Assembly (NCBI GenBank): GCA_030672415.1
Contig: DAOVGL010000024.1
Location: forward strand, 1-43,576
DNA length: 43,576 nucleotides
Reading direction: 5' to 3'
DNA from: Candidatus Bathyarchaeota archaeon
GTDB taxonomy: Archaea; Thermoproteota; Bathyarchaeia; Bathyarchaeales; Bathyarchaeaceae
The position numbers were made by a program, and so were the translations under genes. Shown piece after piece: positions 9,120 through 18,634 of this stretch. The notes beneath the pieces are model-generated. The model saw only the letters and a list, made by a program, of their open reading frames with translations. It made no database searches and had not been told where the DNA came from. Numbering within the stretch: position 1 is the first letter of the stretch; every line of letters begins with the position of its first letter.

Positions 9120-10018
9120 GTCTGGATGTTGTTTGTTTCGGCGCCTTAAACATGGACAAACTCTACCGAGTGAACAGAATAGCTAGGGAAGAGGAAGAAA
9201 GCGTTATCAGGAGCTTCAAAGAGTCTCCGGGAGGTTCTGCCGCAAACACAGCGGTTGGCTTGGCGAGACTGGGAATAAAAACTGGTTACATAGGAAAAGT
9301 TTCCAATGATCGTGAAGGCAAACTTCTACTAGACAACTTCAAAACGGAAGGCGTTGATACACGCGGAGTAATAGTTTCAAAAGAGGATAGAAGCGGAGTT
9401 GTCATCGGCTTTGTTGATGGAAAAGGTGAGAGAGCGCTCTACGTGGACCCAGGCGTAAACGATACAATCGAACTTAAAGAAATAAATTTAGAATATGCTG
9501 GATCAGCCAAAATTCTACATTTAACGTCGTTTGCTGGAGAGAAACCGTTCAAAGTCCAAAAAACACTTGTAGAAACACTTTCAAACATCAAAGTAAGTCT
9601 TGACCCAGGAGAACTGTACGCGAGAAAAGGACTCGCAACGTTAAAACCCGTAATAAAGAGAAGTTTTGTTATGTTTCTAAATGAAAATGAGATAAAACTG
9701 CTCACAGGAGAGAACTACAAGGAAGGCTCAAAGACTCTAGCGAACGAAGGCATAAGCATAGTTGCGGCTAAGCTGGGCAAGAGAGGATGCTACGTTACGG
9801 ATGGCAAAGAAACTCATCTGGTTAAGCCGTACAAGGTGAAGGTTGTGGACACCACAGGCGCTGGCGACGCGTTCTGCGCCGGCTTCCTATATGGTCTGAT
9901 TAAAAACAAAGATTTACATGAATGTGGAAGATTGGGAAGTTTTGTTGCGTCTCGCTGCATAAGAGAGGCAGGAGCCAGAGAAGGGCTGCCCAAACTTTCA
10001 GATTTGGAGGAAATGTAA
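9116..10018 (+). CDS. PfkB/ribokinase-family kinase, EhaT-like
   Basis: [30 protein letters not shown] overlap with the ftr-like gene. Confidence 0.92.
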   Translation: MSLDVVCFGALNMDKLYRVNRIAREEEESVIRSFKESPGGSAANTAVGLARLGIKTGYIGKVSNDREGKLLLDNFKTEGVDTRGVIVSKEDRSGVVIGFVDGKGERALYVDPGVNDTIELKEINLEYAGSAKILHLTSFAGEKPFKVQKTLVETLSNIKVSLDPGELYARKGLATLKPVIKRSFVMFLNENEIKLLTGENYKEGSKTLANEGISIVAAKLGKRGCYVTDGKETHLVKPYKVKVVDTTGAGDAFCAGFLYGLIKNKDLHECGRLGSFVASRCIREAGAREGLPKLSDLEEM

Positions 10019-10020
10019 CG

Positions 10021-10839
10021 CTAAAATTTCTTTGTCAGGTATTCAACCACAGATTCAAAGATTAACCGTCCATCACCATATGTGAGAGTTCTCTCTCTCC
10101 TCGTCCAGTCAGGCAACTGCCAACCGTAATACGATCTTTCAGGATGAGGCATCAACCCGAAAACCGTTCCAGCCGGGTTGCAGATACCAGCGATGTCATG
10201 AAAGGCACCATTCGGATTTATGGGATATTGTCCGTTTGCGGGTTCACCGTTTTCGGCGCAGTATCTAAAGACAAGCTGATCGTTACCATACAACTTTTCT
10301 AAGTAACGGTTCTCATTCTCTTTTGGAAGGACAAATCTTCCCTCAGCATGAGCTACTGGTATTCTTAACACCTTTCCCTTCGCAACTTTCCGGGTGAAAA
10401 TGCATTTGCCAGAGTTTTCGTGTCGGACGTAAACCCAGCTACAATGATACCCTATTGGAGTGTTGGTGGCTAAAGCCGCTTCTGGATACTCAGCGATTCC
10501 TTCAAAGCCCGGCAACAAACCGATTTCCACCAGCACTTGAAACCCGTTACAAATCCCCAAAATAGGTCTCTCTTCTTCAACAAACTCTTTTAAATCGTCG
10601 CCAATCTTAGCTAAAGCTTCTTTAGCCCAGATGGCTCCAGCTCTCACGTAATCGCCGTGAGAAAAACCGCCGGGAAATATGAGGGCACTGTAGTCAAGGA
10701 GGTTTCTCTTTTTGACTATTTCGTTTGAATGAACAACCTCGGCTTTTACTCCTAAATCGTCGAATGCCCTTTTGGTTTCTGCGTCGCAGTTGGTTCCAGC
10801 AACCCTCATTATGCAAACGTTGATGTCTTCTTTTTTCAT
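10021..10839 (-). CDS. purQ: FGAM synthase glutaminase subunit
   Basis: GTNCD, PGGFSHGD, GICNGFQ, AHAEG, NPNG, MPHPER; ATG 10839 has a GGAGG SD and an ATGA overlap with purL. Confidence 0.96.
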   Translation of the reverse strand: MKKEDINVCIMRVAGTNCDAETKRAFDDLGVKAEVVHSNEIVKKRNLLDYSALIFPGGFSHGDYVRAGAIWAKEALAKIGDDLKEFVEEERPILGICNGFQVLVEIGLLPGFEGIAEYPEAALATNTPIGYHCSWVYVRHENSGKCIFTRKVAKGKVLRIPVAHAEGRFVLPKENENRYLEKLYGNDQLVFRYCAENGEPANGQYPINPNGAFHDIAGICNPAGTVFGLMPHPERSYYGWQLPDWTRRERTLTYGDGRLIFESVVEYLTKKF

Positions 10840-13241
10840 TTTTGTCCTCCAAAGGTGCTTTTCCAAGCGTCTCTTAATCTGCCTAAACTGGCGTTAACTA
10901 CTCGTTTACCATTTAGACCAAATACAGAAAGACGCTTATTCTTCTCAACTCTACCTACTGCTGAACAAACATTCCTTTCCATCAATGCTTCGAACTGTTC
11001 TCTACGTTTCTCTGGAACTTCCATCAAGAACCTGCTGTTGGATTCCGAGAAGATAACATAGTCATTTCTTTTCATATTCCTAGCTCTCGGAACACTTCCC
11101 AGATTCAGTTGTATTCCATATCCCCCGCTGAAAGCCATTTCAGCAGCTGCCACCGCTAAGCCTCCTTCAGAAAGGTCATGGCATGACGTTACATATCCAG
11201 AATCGATTGCTTCAACAACCGCGTTTATGGTTCGTTTCGCCTGCGCTGTCCTAACCTTAGGAACAGCTTTCCCTAGAAAACCTCTCAACCCATAATATTC
11301 GGAGCCACCCAGCTCATGGTATGTTTGACCAACCATGTAAATCAGATTTCCCGGACTTTTCACATCCGCTGAAACCGTTTTTCTTATGTCCGGGATAATC
11401 CCAATCGCTGTGATTAGGAGAGTTGGAGTAACTGGATTTGAAGCATCAGGTCCAATGCGCAACTCGTTGTAGAGACTGTCTTTGCCAGAGATGAACGGAG
11501 TTTCAAATGCCTTCGCGAAATCGTAGCAGGCTTGGCAGGCTCTAACCAGTGATCCAGTTCTATCTGGTTTTTCTGGGCTGCCCCATGTGAAATTGTCTAG
11601 TAACGCGATTCTTCTTCCTCCAACTGAAATGTTGTTTCTGATTGCTTCATCCACTGCGGAGGCAGCCATCCAGTATGGATCAATTTTTCCATAGTTAGGG
11701 TTCATTCCACAAGAGATGACGATTCCCTTCCAAGAGTTTGATAATGGTTTTATAACAGCCGCGTCACTCAGTCCACCGTATCTTCCTTGCAGCGGTTTTA
11801 ACACGGTGTTCCCCTTAACTTCATGATCATAGGTTCTTATCACTGACTCTTTGCTTGCAACGTTTGGGGAAGACAGAATTTTCAACAGGTCATGGGTTAA
11901 GTCGTTTGGTTCAGCAAAACTTGGTTCGATAAGATTTGGTTTTTTCCATCTTGCGACTCTTCTAGCTTTCGGTGGATTATACAGGAAATGCAAGTCTAGT
12001 TCCGCAACTGTTTGTCCACGGTAATAGGCTTGAAGCATTTTGTTGCCGGTAAATTTTCCAACAGGAGTTGCTTCTATGTCCTCACTTTCAAAGATGTCTA
12101 AGACTTTCTGGAGGTTTTTCTCTTTAACAGATAACAGCATTCTTTCCTGTGACTCGGAAACGTAAATTTCCCACGGACTCATTCCAAGATGTTTGAGAGC
12201 AACCTTTTCAAGTTCAACTTGAACCCCACAATTCGATCTGTGAGCCATCTCACCTGTGGCGCAGGATAACCCTCCGCCGCCCAGGTCGGTTATGGCAGAG
12301 CCCAGTTTTCTGTCTCGTATTTTAATGATGGCGCGCTTGAGTTTTTCTTCTTCTATAGGATTTGCGATTTGAACTGCTGATCTAGAAACCTCCTCCGACT
12401 CCTTTGTCAGTTCGGCTGATGCGAAGGTTACTCCGTGAATTCCATCTCGGCCGGTTCTTCCACCCGCTAAAACAGCTATGTCTCCGGGCATTGTGTTTCT
12501 TGTAAACTTGTTCGTTGGAAGAACTCCTATGCAGCCGCAGTAAACCACAACGTTGCCCACATAGCTTTCATCAAAATATATTGCACCGTTAACGGTAGGT
12601 ATGCCCATGTTGTTTCCATAGTGGCCGATGCCAGCGACAACTCCTTTGAAAAGGTAATTTGGATGTTTTGTTCCAAGAGGAAGCTTTTCATAGTCATAAT
12701 TTAAGGGTCCGAAACAGAGAACATCTGTGCAGGCTATGGGGTCAGCCCAAACCCCCAGTATATCTCTAATAACTCCGCCTGTGCCAGTGGCAGCGCCTCC
12801 AAAAGGTTCTATGGCTGATGGATGGTTATGGGTCTCCACCTTCGCGGCGATTGCGTAACCGTTTTCAAAGTCAACTATGCCTGCGTTGTCCTCGAACACG
12901 GAGAGGCACCATGGCAAGTTGAGTTCTCGCGTAACCTTTGCTATGTATTCTTTGAACATGTTGGTTACGAGTAATTTTCCCTTCGCCGTCACAATGTCGC
13001 CCTTGAAGGTTTTGTGGCAGCAGTGTTCTGACCAGGTTTGGCCAATGGTTTGGAGTTCAACGTCGGTTGGGTTTCTTCCTTTTTTTGAAAAGTGTTGTTT
13101 AACGTGTTTCATTTCCTTGAGGCTTAGACCAACTCCTAGTTCACTGCTGATTTGAAGTAGTTCTTTTTCATCCGCATCTAACACGTTTATTTCAGAAAGC
13201 TCGAAGTCCAAGTTTCTCTTAATGTAAAGACGAGAAGTCAT
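10836..13241 (-). CDS. purL: FGAM synthase synthetase subunit
   Basis: WSEHCCHK, EDNAG, KVETHNHPS, DLGGGG, SESQERM, GKDSLYN, HDLSEGG; ATG 13241 overlaps the purS stop. Confidence 0.96.
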   Translation of the reverse strand: MTSRLYIKRNLDFELSEINVLDADEKELLQISSELGVGLSLKEMKHVKQHFSKKGRNPTDVELQTIGQTWSEHCCHKTFKGDIVTAKGKLLVTNMFKEYIAKVTRELNLPWCLSVFEDNAGIVDFENGYAIAAKVETHNHPSAIEPFGGAATGTGGVIRDILGVWADPIACTDVLCFGPLNYDYEKLPLGTKHPNYLFKGVVAGIGHYGNNMGIPTVNGAIYFDESYVGNVVVYCGCIGVLPTNKFTRNTMPGDIAVLAGGRTGRDGIHGVTFASAELTKESEEVSRSAVQIANPIEEEKLKRAIIKIRDRKLGSAITDLGGGGLSCATGEMAHRSNCGVQVELEKVALKHLGMSPWEIYVSESQERMLLSVKEKNLQKVLDIFESEDIEATPVGKFTGNKMLQAYYRGQTVAELDLHFLYNPPKARRVARWKKPNLIEPSFAEPNDLTHDLLKILSSPNVASKESVIRTYDHEVKGNTVLKPLQGRYGGLSDAAVIKPLSNSWKGIVISCGMNPNYGKIDPYWMAASAVDEAIRNNISVGGRRIALLDNFTWGSPEKPDRTGSLVRACQACYDFAKAFETPFISGKDSLYNELRIGPDASNPVTPTLLITAIGIIPDIRKTVSADVKSPGNLIYMVGQTYHELGGSEYYGLRGFLGKAVPKVRTAQAKRTINAVVEAIDSGYVTSCHDLSEGGLAVAAAEMAFSGGYGIQLNLGSVPRARNMKRNDYVIFSESNSRFLMEVPEKRREQFEALMERNVCSAVGRVEKNKRLSVFGLNGKRVVNASLGRLRDAWKSTFGGQK

Positions 13242-13489
13242 TTCACTTCCTCTATGTTGAAACGATAGTTGTCTTTGGTTGGATTTGCCAGTAGTCTCCG
13301 GCACATTTCATCTGCATGTCTCTGGACCTCTTTTAGAGATTTTGCGTGAAGGAACACCTCATAAACCTTACTTACCTTAACTGTTTCCACTGGGTACCTT
13401 AACCCTTTCAGAGATTTTGCGGTAGTTTCTCCTTCAGGATCAGAATGACCTGGTTTGAGAGAAACCTCGATTTTAACTCTGTATCTCAT
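13238..13489 (-). CDS. purS: FGAM synthase subunit PurS
   Basis: LKPGHSDPEG and CRRLLANP motifs; 83 aa; directly upstream of purL. Confidence 0.95.
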   Translation of the reverse strand: MRYRVKIEVSLKPGHSDPEGETTAKSLKGLRYPVETVKVSKVYEVFLHAKSLKEVQRHADEMCRRLLANPTKDNYRFNIEEVK

Positions 13490-13558
13490 GAGATATTATT
13501 AAACAATTAAAAATTTAAGTTTTTCTCAGATAAAAATTTAAATGAATGTTTAAAAAAT

Positions 13559-14632
13559 TCATAGCTCGATTTTCTTTTCTTTATACAAAGCAACAATTTT
13601 TCTTGAATCAGTCACTCTCCCGATCTGCTCAGTCTCCACAGCGTTCTTTTCAAAATTATCAATAAGATCATCTCCATCCGCTCTATCAGCAATCACCGCA
13701 AAGCCCCATCCCATGTTGAAGGTTTTCAGCATCTCCTCATCCCTAATTACGCCGCCCATCTCTAAGGCAGTTTCCTGAATCAGTTGAAATAGGGGTTGCG
13801 GCTTAAAGTTGTTGAACTCAAACCCGATTCCCTTAGAAAACTTCATCAACCTATCAAATTTCAAGTAGGCGTCACCAGTGATGTGAACTAACCCCTTAAC
13901 CTCATGATTTTTTGCAATATTCAACACTGGCTTAACGTAGATTCTCGTTGGCTTCAGAACTTCATAAATGAGTTCTCTTTCAAACCCGTCAGGAACATCG
14001 TGCAGTTCATACTTGCCATCCCACTGTTTGAAAAGAACTTTTCGTGCTAGTGATATTCCGTTGCTGTGGATGCCAGAACTTCGTAAGCCTATAACTACGT
14101 CTCCTGGTTCAATGTTGTTGCCGAAGACTGTGTCTTCTTTGAACAATTCTCCTATACAAGCGAAAATCATGTCGAACCCTTTTCCTTCCACTGTTCCTCG
14201 GATAATTTCGGCTACATCTCCTATTTCTCCGCTTGGCACAAAACATTCAGCTCCAGTTGCGCCCTTCACTATGCCTTTCATCCATTCGCTTACCAAATGA
14301 GGATCCGACATCTGAGCGTGGATGTTGTCCACAACTGCGATGGGTCTTGCACCGGATCTGATTACATCATTTACTGCCATCGCAACTCCGTCAATGCCGA
14401 TAGTGTCGTATTTGTTTGCTAGTTGTGCCAGAAGAACTTTGGTTCCGATGCCTTCTATAACAAAATCGAAGTATCGATTGCCAACTGGGAAAATGTTGCC
14501 GTAGGGAAGTTTAATGACTTTTCCATATCTGCTGAATCTATAGGTTTGTTTAAGAGCCGTCAAGGCGGCTTTGGACTTCGCTCTTAATTCTCTGTCTACT
14601 CCCGCCTCCGCGTACGTAAACTCTCTTGACAT
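13559..14632 (-). CDS. purM: Phosphoribosylformylglycinamidine cyclo-ligase (AIR synthetase)
   Basis: YAEAGVD, EGIGTK, GIDGVAMAVND, SSGIHSNG, HITG, TFNMG. Confidence 0.95.
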   Translation of the reverse strand: MSREFTYAEAGVDRELRAKSKAALTALKQTYRFSRYGKVIKLPYGNIFPVGNRYFDFVIEGIGTKVLLAQLANKYDTIGIDGVAMAVNDVIRSGARPIAVVDNIHAQMSDPHLVSEWMKGIVKGATGAECFVPSGEIGDVAEIIRGTVEGKGFDMIFACIGELFKEDTVFGNNIEPGDVVIGLRSSGIHSNGISLARKVLFKQWDGKYELHDVPDGFERELIYEVLKPTRIYVKPVLNIAKNHEVKGLVHITGDAYLKFDRLMKFSKGIGFEFNNFKPQPLFQLIQETALEMGGVIRDEEMLKTFNMGWGFAVIADRADGDDLIDNFEKNAVETEQIGRVTDSRKIVALYKEKKIEL

Positions 14633-14644
14633 AGGTTTCACTTG

Positions 14645-14823
14645 TTACGTAACTATCTTCTGAAGCCTCTTGCTCTTTGCGGAGTTGTGTAGATTATGCT
14701 TCTGAAACCATAGTCTCTCTGCTCTACCCAGGCGTCAAGAGCAGAGTGGCCTCCCAAGTTGAGTCCAACTGGTTCTCGGTAGGATTTAGCGATTTCTTGC
14801 ATTTCTTCTCTTTCTATGACCAA
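14645..14823 (-). pseudogene. purP: Internally deleted PurP-family (FAICAR synthetase-like) gene
   Basis: GAGGTGA SD, then TTG at 14823: MVIEREEMQEIAKSYREPVGLNLGGHSALDAWVEQRDYGFRSIIY...* (56 aa) resembles the PurP N-terminus (GSHSAL motif). A second frame gives RLQKIVT* ending at 14645, resembling the PurP C-terminus. Confidence 0.8.
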
Positions 14824-14850
14824 ACTAAATCACCTCATGAGCGAGCTATA

Positions 14851-15702
14851 TCAGAACTTTCTACCAGTTAATCTTTCATATGCTTGGATGTATCGTTGAC
14901 TTGTTTTATTTATGATCTTCTTAGGTAAGATGGGTTCAGTTAATTTTGTTCCCGGCGCTGGCTGATTTTTATCCCAGCCCTTCACTTTTTCAAGATAGTC
15001 TCTAACAATCTGTTTATCAAAGCTTTCCTGTATTTTGTTGGGCTGATACTTGCTTGCGTCCCAAAACCTGCAACCATCAGGTGTTTCCGCTTCATCAGCT
15101 AAAATTATTTTTCCCTCTTCATCTATTCCAAATTCCAATTTGAAGTCGGCGAGAATGAACCCAGCTTTCTCCGCATCCTTTAACATCAACTCGTTTAATT
15201 GCAGTGTAATTTTTTTAATTTGGTCAATTTCAGGAGTTCCTAACCATCCTCTAGATATTACCTCTTGCTCAGTTAGCGGTTTATCTTTAGTCTCAAACTT
15301 GGTGGTAAACTCAATTAACGGTTCACTTAGCTTCGCAGCTAACACGCGGTCTGTTCCTTCTGGAAGTTGAACTTCACCGCGTTGGTATCGTTTCCAGTAC
15401 GAACCGTAAACGTAGTTTCTCCCTATCACCTCGATTGGTATGAGAAATAACTTCTTAGCTAGCATCTCGTTGGGAGCAGGAACATCTATCATGTGAGTTT
15501 CAATACCATTGTCTTCGCAGTTCGCAAAACAGTGGGCAGCGAGACGGCAAAGAACTTGACCTTTTTGCGGAATCTTGTCAGCCAACATTACATCATGGGA
15601 AGACAGCCGGTCTGTAAAAACGAACAGAAGCTCTTCTTTACTCACGTCATAGACATCCTTAACTTTGCCGCTTCGCAAAAACCGTTTTTCTATTTTGCTC
15701 AT
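14851..15702 (-). CDS. purC: SAICAR synthetase
   Basis: SGKVKDVY, TDRLS, IPIEVIGR, GSYWKRY, DFKLEFG, DE..TPD..RFWD, DKQIVRDY. Confidence 0.96.
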   Translation of the reverse strand: MSKIEKRFLRSGKVKDVYDVSKEELLFVFTDRLSSHDVMLADKIPQKGQVLCRLAAHCFANCEDNGIETHMIDVPAPNEMLAKKLFLIPIEVIGRNYVYGSYWKRYQRGEVQLPEGTDRVLAAKLSEPLIEFTTKFETKDKPLTEQEVISRGWLGTPEIDQIKKITLQLNELMLKDAEKAGFILADFKLEFGIDEEGKIILADEAETPDGCRFWDASKYQPNKIQESFDKQIVRDYLEKVKGWDKNQPAPGTKLTEPILPKKIINKTSQRYIQAYERLTGRKF

Positions 15703-15715
15703 TTTTTTGCCTCTA

Positions 15716-16222
15716 TCAGTCTTTTAAGTTAGAAATTTTCTTTCCTCTCACTTTTTTGTCAGCGGTTTTAACTTCTAGCTTCTTCTCCAGCTGGAACTTA
15801 CCAACTTTTTCGGATAGCGCCGGGTTTTCCATGCCTAAAATTTTTGCCGCCGCTAACGCGGCGTTTTCCGGGTTAAGTACAACTAATGGAGCGACTCCAC
15901 TCGGGGTTCTTAGGGAGGAGTAAATGTCGGCGCCTCCAAACTTTTCTGAGTATGGGGGGCAAGCTATAACTGGATGTTTTGTGTTGGCGTCCACTAGTCC
16001 GGAAAGCGCGTTAGACCTGCCAGCAACTGTAATGTAAACGATGTTGTTTCCAGACTTTTCATATTCCTCTAATAGATTCAGTAAATCTCTGGGTGTTTTG
16101 TGCGCCGAGGCTATTCTATACTCGTAGTCAACGCCAAATTTTTCTAGGACATGACCTATGGAAGCTGCAAAGTTGAGGTCACGTTTGGAACCCATTATGA
16201 TGACGACTTGTTGCTTTTGCAT
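15716..16222 (-). CDS. purE: N5-CAIR mutase / AIR carboxylase
   Basis: IIMGSKRD, SAHKTP, AGRSNALSG, PVIACP, PSGV, NAALAA. Confidence 0.95.
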   Translation of the reverse strand: MQKQQVVIIMGSKRDLNFAASIGHVLEKFGVDYEYRIASAHKTPRDLLNLLEEYEKSGNNIVYITVAGRSNALSGLVDANTKHPVIACPPYSEKFGGADIYSSLRTPSGVAPLVVLNPENAALAAAKILGMENPALSEKVGKFQLEKKLEVKTADKKVRGKKISNLKD

Positions 16223-16244
16223 GAGAGTCTATATTTAGAGAAAA

Positions 16245-16254
16245 CCTATATAAA
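16245..16254 (-). promoter_or_regulatory. Putative TATA box of the purE operon (probably leaderless mRNA)
   Basis: TTTATATAGG on the minus strand about 25 nt upstream of the purE ATG; no SD seen. Confidence 0.55.
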
Positions 16255-16297
16255 CGCAAAGGGTCGTTTTCGGCTTTTTACGATTATTAAGATAGCC

Positions 16298-17431
16298 TTA
16301 TTCTTTCACGAATAATATTAGGGCTGTTGCTAGGATTGTTAATCCTAGAGAGAAGTAGAATGGTGCCAACTTTCCAAAACTGACCCACAGCAGGCCAGCG
16401 ATAACTGAAGCGGGTAATGCGCACAATCCAATGGTCATTTGAAACGCTCCTAACATGCTTGCGCGATATTCTGTTGGCGACAGTTCAGAGACAAATGTTC
16501 TTTGTATCGGCTCTATCGCTGCTCTGTGCAGACCGTACAAGACAAACAACAGCATAACTCCTGTGTAAGATTCAATGTAAATGAAGCCTACGCACGTTAA
16601 TCCCCAAAAGAGATAAGACAAAACTAACACCAATTTTCTATTTAGTTTATCTGCGAGTTTTCCAAACGGCAATGACATTAATGAAGCTGCAGCCGTGAAG
16701 ATCAAGTACAAAACTGGAATAAACATTTCTTCAAAACCGAATTCTCGTGCATAAACCAGCAGGAAGGAATAGCTGAAGGAGCCCAAGGCGAACACGGCGC
16801 TTAGTATTAGAAACAGCTTCAAATTGAGAGTCAAGTCTTTCAAGGAAAGTCTCTTATAGATTTCCTTAGTTTTTCTGTCCTTTATGAATACGAGAATCAA
16901 CAGAACGCCGATTAGGGATGGAATCGAAGCGAGCAGGAACAAGTTTCTGTATCCGAGATAGCTCAAGAGCAGGATAGAAACTATCACGCCGCAGGCAGCG
17001 CCCAAGTGATCCATGGCCCTCAACAAACCGAAGTTTCTTCCCCTGTTTTCCCTTGTAGAAATATCAGCAACGATGGCGTCTCTTGGTGCTCCCCTTATCT
17101 TTCCGAATCTGTCCAAAATTCTGAAGGGAATTAGAGATTGCCATATGGTTGATAGGGCATAACCGACTCTGGACAGTGATCCTAACAAGTAGCCAGTCCA
17201 GATGAAAACCTTTCTTTTCCTTAGCCTGTCAGAAAGATATCCGGAGCCTGCTTGGGACACTGAAACGACAGCGTAACCTATGCCATCTATTAACCCAAGA
17301 ACAGCTACATTTGCTCCTAAGAATGAGGTTACAAATAGGGGCCAGATAGGATAAATCATATCCGAACCGAAGTCGTTCAGAAAGGACGCTGACGAAAAGA
17401 CTGCCATGAACCTTTTAGTTTTGTTGTGCAT
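16298..17431 (-). CDS. MFS transporter
   Basis: About 12 hydrophobic segments, GYLSDRLRKRK motif A, DRFGKIRGAPRDA, GKLADK repeat; alternative GTG start at 17446. Confidence 0.92.
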   Translation of the reverse strand: MHNKTKRFMAVFSSASFLNDFGSDMIYPIWPLFVTSFLGANVAVLGLIDGIGYAVVSVSQAGSGYLSDRLRKRKVFIWTGYLLGSLSRVGYALSTIWQSLIPFRILDRFGKIRGAPRDAIVADISTRENRGRNFGLLRAMDHLGAACGVIVSILLLSYLGYRNLFLLASIPSLIGVLLILVFIKDRKTKEIYKRLSLKDLTLNLKLFLILSAVFALGSFSYSFLLVYAREFGFEEMFIPVLYLIFTAAASLMSLPFGKLADKLNRKLVLVLSYLFWGLTCVGFIYIESYTGVMLLFVLYGLHRAAIEPIQRTFVSELSPTEYRASMLGAFQMTIGLCALPASVIAGLLWVSFGKLAPFYFSLGLTILATALILFVKE

Positions 17432-17501
17432 TAATTGTGCTCCCACTCTTAGCTTTTCATCAATTGATAATTGTACTTTATGGGAGATATCCAGCTAAGT
17501 T

Positions 17502-18116
17502 TCATAAAGTTCTTTTGAGATTTTCGATGCTGAACCATGTGTTGGTGCAACCGTTCTTGGCGAGAGGAACCGACTGACCTCGCAGCTCACTGTTTGCAAT
17601 ATGTTCTCCTCCCATCTTCAGTTCTTGGCTACATGCAACCCCTACAATCCCCTTGTATGAGTGGTTTTTCAGTATTTGGGGAACACAGGAGCCGCCAGCG
17701 AGCACATAGACATCATATCCTCTCGTTTTCCCCAGCTCTGTTGCCTGATTAACCAGACAGTCTGGGGAACATTGGTTGCAGTGGTAGGATGGACCATTTG
17801 GGTCGAAATGTGCTTGACATCGTTTGTCCATGTATTTCCTTGCGCAGTGGGGCAGGAATAGCACTCTCCTTTTGGTTTCCAGAAATTTTTTCCTCTCTGA
17901 GAGGTTTCGGGCGTGTATGTCCACGAGGTCTTCGACGAGCGTGATGGCGTCGGAGACGTTTAAGCCTGTGAGTTCGTGGATTCTGAACTTTTCAGCCAGA
18001 CTTCTCGCTCGCTCTCCAATTCTTCTGTGCACGTTCTTTTCACGTGCAACTCTAGCGAGTTCTTTGAAGAAAGACTTGGACATTTTCGTTAGGTCGAAGC
18101 TGAATCCGTATGGCAT
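17502..18116 (-). CDS. DUF116-family Cys-rich protein
   Basis: LFLPHC...C...CxxC...C, GGSC, GVACxxEL and PLAKNGC pattern. Confidence 0.8.
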   Translation of the reverse strand: MPYGFSFDLTKMSKSFFKELARVAREKNVHRRIGERARSLAEKFRIHELTGLNVSDAITLVEDLVDIHARNLSERKKFLETKRRVLFLPHCARKYMDKRCQAHFDPNGPSYHCNQCSPDCLVNQATELGKTRGYDVYVLAGGSCVPQILKNHSYKGIVGVACSQELKMGGEHIANSELRGQSVPLAKNGCTNTWFSIENLKRTL

Positions 18117-18247
18117 AATTATAGTTTTAGCATCCTAAGCTTTAAGATTTCCGATTATTAGTGAACCCAGCTTTTTCACGAGGCATGTTGTTTTCTACTA
18201 GAACTTGTTCATAGAGCAATGTTCCTTAGGCTTTTAAATAATGGAAG

Positions 18248-18634
18248 TTGCTTGTTTATTTTGAGAAGGGAGAAGGTTGGGGTATTTTGAACATTCCTAA
18301 ACCTAACATTGTTGTAGGTTTTAACAATAACTACTATGGAATGTACGTTCCAGCGATGAAAACTATCTTCTTAACATCCCTAACCAACGAATTTAATGTG
18401 GAATGGATATTGAACCATGAAACTATGCATCACATTTTAGAGCACAGAATGAACCATGATGTGAGTGTAAAATTTGATAACATAGACTTTGACTTATGGG
18501 TGCTTCTACGTGAAGATTCAGAGGGTGTTTTGAATAATCCGTTTGAAGACGAGAACATTCTGAAAAAAATATGGAGAATTACAAAATCCTCCCTTACCAA
18601 ACTTCCATCCGCTTTGTTATTTAAACGAGTTTAA
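18248..18634 (+). CDS. Hypothetical protein with HExxH motif
   Basis: AT-rich 128-codon ORF containing LNHETMHH; start uncertain; overlaps the end of the convergent DUF35 gene. Confidence 0.55.
   Translation: MLVYFEKGEGWGILNIPKPNIVVGFNNNYYGMYVPAMKTIFLTSLTNEFNVEWILNHETMHHILEHRMNHDVSVKFDNIDFDLWVLLREDSEGVLNNPFEDENILKKIWRITKSSLTKLPSALLFKRV

Noticed and set aside
7087..10018. Interpretation as subunits of an Eha energy-converting hydrogenase
   Set aside because: No hydrogenase, polyferredoxin or membrane subunit genes are in the window; the genes are coupled to purD instead.
13508..13541. Direct repeat TAAAAATTTAA upstream of purS
   Set aside because: Low-complexity AT-rich intergenic DNA, adequately explained as TATA or terminator sequence.
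14677..14871. 64-aa plus-strand ORF between purM and purC
   Set aside because: Antisense shadow of the purP remnant, which has the SD, operon orientation and motif support.
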